Part shown: in pieces, positions 60,485-64,000 of the stretch
Position numbering within the stretch: the stretch's first letter is position 1
Layout of the letters: each line of letters begins with the position of its first letter
Assembly: GCA_963782055.1 (NCBI GenBank)
Contig: CAWAIF010000002.1
Coordinates: 352,001-416,000, forward strand
Origin: an uncultured delta proteobacterium
GTDB taxonomy: Bacteria; Myxococcota_A; Polyangia; Polyangiales; Polyangiaceae
Length of the DNA stretch: 64,000 bases
Direction of reading: 5' to 3'
The notes under the pieces: generated by a model
Seen by the model: only the letters and a program-made list of their open reading frames with translations
What the model was told of the DNA's origin: nothing
Databases searched by the model: none
Position numbers and translations under genes: made by a program

Positions 60485-61485
60485 TCGACGGGTGGCTGGG
60501 GGGCGCCGAGGCCATCCCCGTCCTCGACGAGGCGTCCGTCTCGGTGGTTCGCGAGGGGGTCCGGCGCGCGGGGGTGTCGCTCGGCCTCTCGGAGACAGTC
60601 GTCGGCAGCATCGTGACGGCGGCGAGCGAGCTCGCCCACAACCAGCTCGTCCACGCGCGTGACGGCGTGGTGGCGGTCCGCGTGGTGGACCGCGACGGCG
60701 TGCCCGGGCTGGAGGTGGTGGCGGCGGACGTCGGCCGGGGCATCCAGGACCCGGAGGCCGCCCTGCGCGGGGGTGGCGGCTCGCGCACCGGGCTCGGGAT
60801 CGGTCTGGTGGGGGTCAGAGCCCTGTGCGACGAGCTGGACATGGACGTGCGGCTGGGGGAGGGAAGCTGCGTGTGGGCGCGCAAGTTCGCCGAGCCGGTC
60901 CCGCGGCGCCGGGAGGTCGGGATCTTCGGTCGTCCGCACCCCGCCGAGGACGTCTCGGGCGACCACGCCGCGTTCGTCCGGCGCCGCGACGTGCTCTCGG
61001 TGGCGCTGGCCGACGGCCTGGGCCACGGGCCGCACGCGCGAAAGGCCTCCGAGGCGACGATCGAGTGCTTCCGGGCGGGCCCGGAGCGCTCGCTGGACGC
61101 GCTGCTCGCGGGCTGCCACGACGCGGCGTTGGGTACGCGTGGCGCCGTCATGTCGGTCGCGCGCCTCGAGGAGCCGTCGGGCAAGATGGAGACGGCGTCC
61201 ATCGGCAACGTCACGGTGCACGTGAGCGGCCCGGACGTGGCGCACCGGTTCGGCGGCACCTCCGCCGTGCTCGGGATGCGCGGGCAAGCGCGCGCGGCCC
61301 GCGTGGAGCAGCAGGTGCTGTCACCGTGGGAGGTGCTCTTGGTCTTCAGCGACGGCATCACCTCACGCGCCAGCGTGGAGCAGGACCACGCCCTGTTGCG
61401 CGAGCACCCGGTGGTCGTGGCGCAGGCGGTGGTGCAGCGCTTCGCCCGGGGGGACGACGACGTGCTGGTGCTGGCCGTCCGCTGA
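60469..61485 (+). CDS. RsbT-like ATPase fused to a SpoIIE/PP2C phosphatase (RsbX-like)
   Basis: ASELAHN, D.GRGI, GLGIGL; VSGD, ALADGLGHG, TRGAV, FSDGI, DDDVLVL. Confidence 0.88.
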   Translation: MEAVLIDGWLGGAEAIPVLDEASVSVVREGVRRAGVSLGLSETVVGSIVTAASELAHNQLVHARDGVVAVRVVDRDGVPGLEVVAADVGRGIQDPEAALRGGGGSRTGLGIGLVGVRALCDELDMDVRLGEGSCVWARKFAEPVPRRREVGIFGRPHPAEDVSGDHAAFVRRRDVLSVALADGLGHGPHARKASEATIECFRAGPERSLDALLAGCHDAALGTRGAVMSVARLEEPSGKMETASIGNVTVHVSGPDVAHRFGGTSAVLGMRGQARAARVEQQVLSPWEVLLVFSDGITSRASVEQDHALLREHPVVVAQAVVQRFARGDDDVLVLAVR

Positions 61486-61505
61486 GGCGAACGTTCGGTC
61501 GCGGC

Positions 61506-62216
61506 TCAGTCGCCGAAGGCGACGGTCTTGCGGGCGCCGTCGCTGCCGGCCTCCACCACGCGGGCGCGATACAGCATCTTGCCGCCCTTGGCGGTGACCT
61601 CGCCGGCGATGTCGCCCCAGGCGAAGCCGTCGCGCTGCGTCAGCGTCATGACCGCCTCCTTGCCGCCGACGTGGACATGGAAGCTGGTGCGGGTGGCCTT
61701 GACGGTCGACCCGCCGAAGTCCACGTCCACCGGCTCGCTGTCGATGAGCCCGTCGTTCTGGTCGACCGCGGGGATCGTCCTCTGGAGCATGGCCTCGTAG
61801 GCCGCCGGCGTGGAGGCGTGCTCGACGCCGTCCTTCACGCGCGTCACGTCGGTGATCTCGTCGCCCTCCGTCCGGACGCGGAAGGTCTCGGTGCGCGCGC
61901 CGTCCTGGAGAGAGACCTCCACGACGGTGGCGTCGCCGTCGCGGGCGATGACCTTCTGGTTGAGCACGAGCGGCTTCTTCCGGCCGCGGGTGGCGACCTC
62001 GGTGACGACCCAGTCGCCGACCTTGCGCGTGTCGGCGGGGACGGCGGAGGCCGCGGCGACGTCGCGCGACGCGGCCGCCTCCGCGACGGAGTCGAAGGCA
62101 GGCGCCAGGATGTGCGACGCCAGCGGCGCCTGCGCCACGGCCGCGGGACGCCGGGCCGACGCACAGCCGGCGAGGGAGAGCGAGATCACGGCGAGGGAGA
62201 GGAGCGTGCGCTTCAT
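61506..62216 (-). CDS. Hypothetical lipoprotein
   Basis: MKRTLLSLAVISLSLAGC lipobox; RKVGDWV followed by beta-rich sequence. Confidence 0.72.
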   Translation of the reverse strand: MKRTLLSLAVISLSLAGCASARRPAAVAQAPLASHILAPAFDSVAEAAASRDVAAASAVPADTRKVGDWVVTEVATRGRKKPLVLNQKVIARDGDATVVEVSLQDGARTETFRVRTEGDEITDVTRVKDGVEHASTPAAYEAMLQRTIPAVDQNDGLIDSEPVDVDFGGSTVKATRTSFHVHVGGKEAVMTLTQRDGFAWGDIAGEVTAKGGKMLYRARVVEAGSDGARKTVAFGD

Positions 62217-62310
62217 GCTCTCCGCCATCGCAGAGTCGGCACGGGCGGGCCAAGTTTCCGCCTGCGACGGCTCGACGGGCGGGGCCGGGTCCGCTAGAAA
62301 CTCCCTCGCC

Positions 62311-63267
62311 GTGCGCCTCACCCGCTTCGCCCGCTACTCCTGGGCCGTGCTGGCCTACACCCTCGCGGTGATCCTGTGGGGCGCCTACGTCCGCGCCAGC
62401 TTCTCCGGGGACGGCTGCGGAGCGCACTGGCCACTGTGCCAGGGCGTGGTCGTGCCGCACGCGCCGCACGTCAAGACGCTGGTGGAGCTCAGTCACCGCG
62501 CGTCCAGCGGGCTCATCCTGGGCTTCACCCTGGTGATGATGGTCTGGTCCTTCTTCGCGTATCCCCGCGGGAGCCAGGTCCGCCGCTTCGCGACGCTGTC
62601 CTTCGTCTTCACGATGAGCGAGGCGGTCATCGGCGCGGTCCTCGTGCTCTACCGCCTCGTCTCGCACGACAAGTCGATGATGCGCGCGCTGTCGATGGCG
62701 ATGCACCTCGTCAACACCTTCGTGCTGCTCGCGTGCCTGGTGCTCACCGCATTCCTCGCGTCGGGCGCCGCCGCGCTGCGCCTGCGGCGGCAGGGGTGGG
62801 TCTCGGCGCTGCTCGGCCTCGCGCTCGCGGGCATGCTGCTGCTCGGCACCAGCGGCGCGGTCACCGCCCTCGGCGACACGCTCTTCCCGTCGCGCTCCCT
62901 GGCGGAGGGCATGGCGCAGGACCTCTCGCTCACCGCGCACGTGTTCGTTCGCCTGCGCGTCCTTCACCCCTTCATCGCCGTCGCGGTGGGCGTGCTCTTG
63001 CTCGGCCTGGCGACCTTCGTCCCGACGGTGCGTCCCTCGCCGCGTGTGCGGCTCTTCGCCCGCGCGCTGACGATCGCCTTCTTCACGCAGGTCGGCCTGG
63101 GCGTCCTCAACATGGTGCTGCTCGCGCCCATCTGGTTGCAGCTCACGCACCTGCTGGTGGCCGACGCGGTGTGGCTCGCGCTGGTGCTGCTGTCGGCGTC
63201 TGCGCTGGCGGACGAGCAGCCGCAGGCCGCGCCCGCCGCCACCTCGGCCGCGCCTTCCCATTCGTGA
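62311..63267 (+). CDS. ctaA: Heme A synthase family protein (COX15/CtaA)
   Basis: GAYVR...SGDGCG.HWPLCQG, ELSHR, MHL, LRVLHP, QLTHLL; about eight TMs. Confidence 0.88.
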   Translation: MRLTRFARYSWAVLAYTLAVILWGAYVRASFSGDGCGAHWPLCQGVVVPHAPHVKTLVELSHRASSGLILGFTLVMMVWSFFAYPRGSQVRRFATLSFVFTMSEAVIGAVLVLYRLVSHDKSMMRALSMAMHLVNTFVLLACLVLTAFLASGAAALRLRRQGWVSALLGLALAGMLLLGTSGAVTALGDTLFPSRSLAEGMAQDLSLTAHVFVRLRVLHPFIAVAVGVLLLGLATFVPTVRPSPRVRLFARALTIAFFTQVGLGVLNMVLLAPIWLQLTHLLVADAVWLALVLLSASALADEQPQAAPAATSAAPSHS

Positions 63268-63302
63268 CGAGGACGCGCATCCTTCCGGGCGGAGGACGAG
63301 CA

Positions 63303-63911
63303 ATGCGAGGCAAGACGGCGTGGCTTCTCGCGTGGATGGTCTGCGGGTCGGCGTGCGGCGGCACCGTCTTCTCGCCCAGCGACGGCGGCACGAAGGACGC
63401 GGGCGGCAGTGACGGCGGCGCCTCCCCCGATGGCGCCACCGGCGCGTCGTGCGGCGGCACGTCCGCGGCGTGCCCGGCCGGGCAGTACTGCGACGTGGGC
63501 GGCATCTGCTCCTTCTTGGTGGAGCACCGGGGGACGTGCACGCCGCGCCCCTCCGGCTGCTCGCTCCTGTATGCGCCGACATGCGCGTGTGACGGCAAGG
63601 TCTACGAGAGCCCGTGCGTGGCGCACGCCGCGGGTGTGGACATCGATGACAAGGGCGGATGCTCCAGCGGCCCGGACGGCTACGTCAGCTGCGGCTCGGG
63701 CTACTGCGACACGAAGGTGTCCTACTGCGAGCGGATCACCAACGACGCCGTCGACCCGAATCACCCGGTCCTGTACCAGTACGCATGCCAGCCGCTCCCG
63801 CCGTCGTGCCAGGGCAAGCAGGACTGCGCGTGCTTCCCGTCGCAGACGCCGTGCGTCGACGCGTGCCAGGCCGTCGCCCCGGGCTTCGTGCTCACGTGCC
63901 CGGGCGGCTGA
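63303..63911 (+). CDS. Cys-rich lipoprotein with Kazal-like motif
   Basis: GSACGG lipobox; C...YAPTCACDGKVYESPC.A..AG Kazal-like motif; ends CPGG. Confidence 0.8.
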   Translation: MRGKTAWLLAWMVCGSACGGTVFSPSDGGTKDAGGSDGGASPDGATGASCGGTSAACPAGQYCDVGGICSFLVEHRGTCTPRPSGCSLLYAPTCACDGKVYESPCVAHAAGVDIDDKGGCSSGPDGYVSCGSGYCDTKVSYCERITNDAVDPNHPVLYQYACQPLPPSCQGKQDCACFPSQTPCVDACQAVAPGFVLTCPGG

Positions 63912-63926
63912 CCGCCGCGCCGCCCG

Positions 63927-64000
63927 TCACCCCATCATCTCGAGGAACGGCCCGGCGCCGATGAGCGAGGTGCCGCCGTCGACGAGGAGCGTGGCGCCCG
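63927..64000 (-). CDS. C-terminal end of a probable SDR-family oxidoreductase (partial)
   Basis: GATLLVDGG followed by a stop at 63927-63929. Confidence 0.55.
   Translation of the reverse strand, partial: GATLLVDGGTSLIGAGPFLEMMG

Overview
Very GC-rich bacterial chromosome segment. Gene content (many Cys-rich lipoproteins, FHA and Ser/Thr kinase proteins, ECF/FecR pair, PilZ) points to a myxobacterium, probably Polyangiales; this is an inference. Housekeeping genes are rarA, hpt, comEC, pcnB, dnaK, corA, an mscS-family channel, a ctaA-like gene and tRNA-Arg(CCG). The window also has a partial Tad/Flp pilin cluster with two short pilins missed by the ORF track, two tandem spermidine-synthase-like membrane proteins and a globin-coupled stressosome (rsbRST plus an RsbT-RsbX fusion). 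Most notable: (1) a tightly coupled six-gene minus-strand operon joining DUF4266/DUF3570-like envelope proteins and three c-type cytochrome-like proteins to an EF-hand NOX5/RBOH-like NADPH oxidase that is hidden by a 1-nt frameshift; (2) a stand-alone, degenerate EF-Tu G-domain gene next to a Ser/Thr kinase; (3) a J-domain pseudokinase / vWA / PurA-paralog operon behind an AT-rich palindromic, apparently leaderless promoter; (4) tRNA-Arg flanked by ~155-bp tandem repeats carrying its 3' end and by an interrupted tRNA copy with a changed anticodon. Three single-base frameshifts may be assembly errors. All calls come from motif recognition by eye; no database searches were run.
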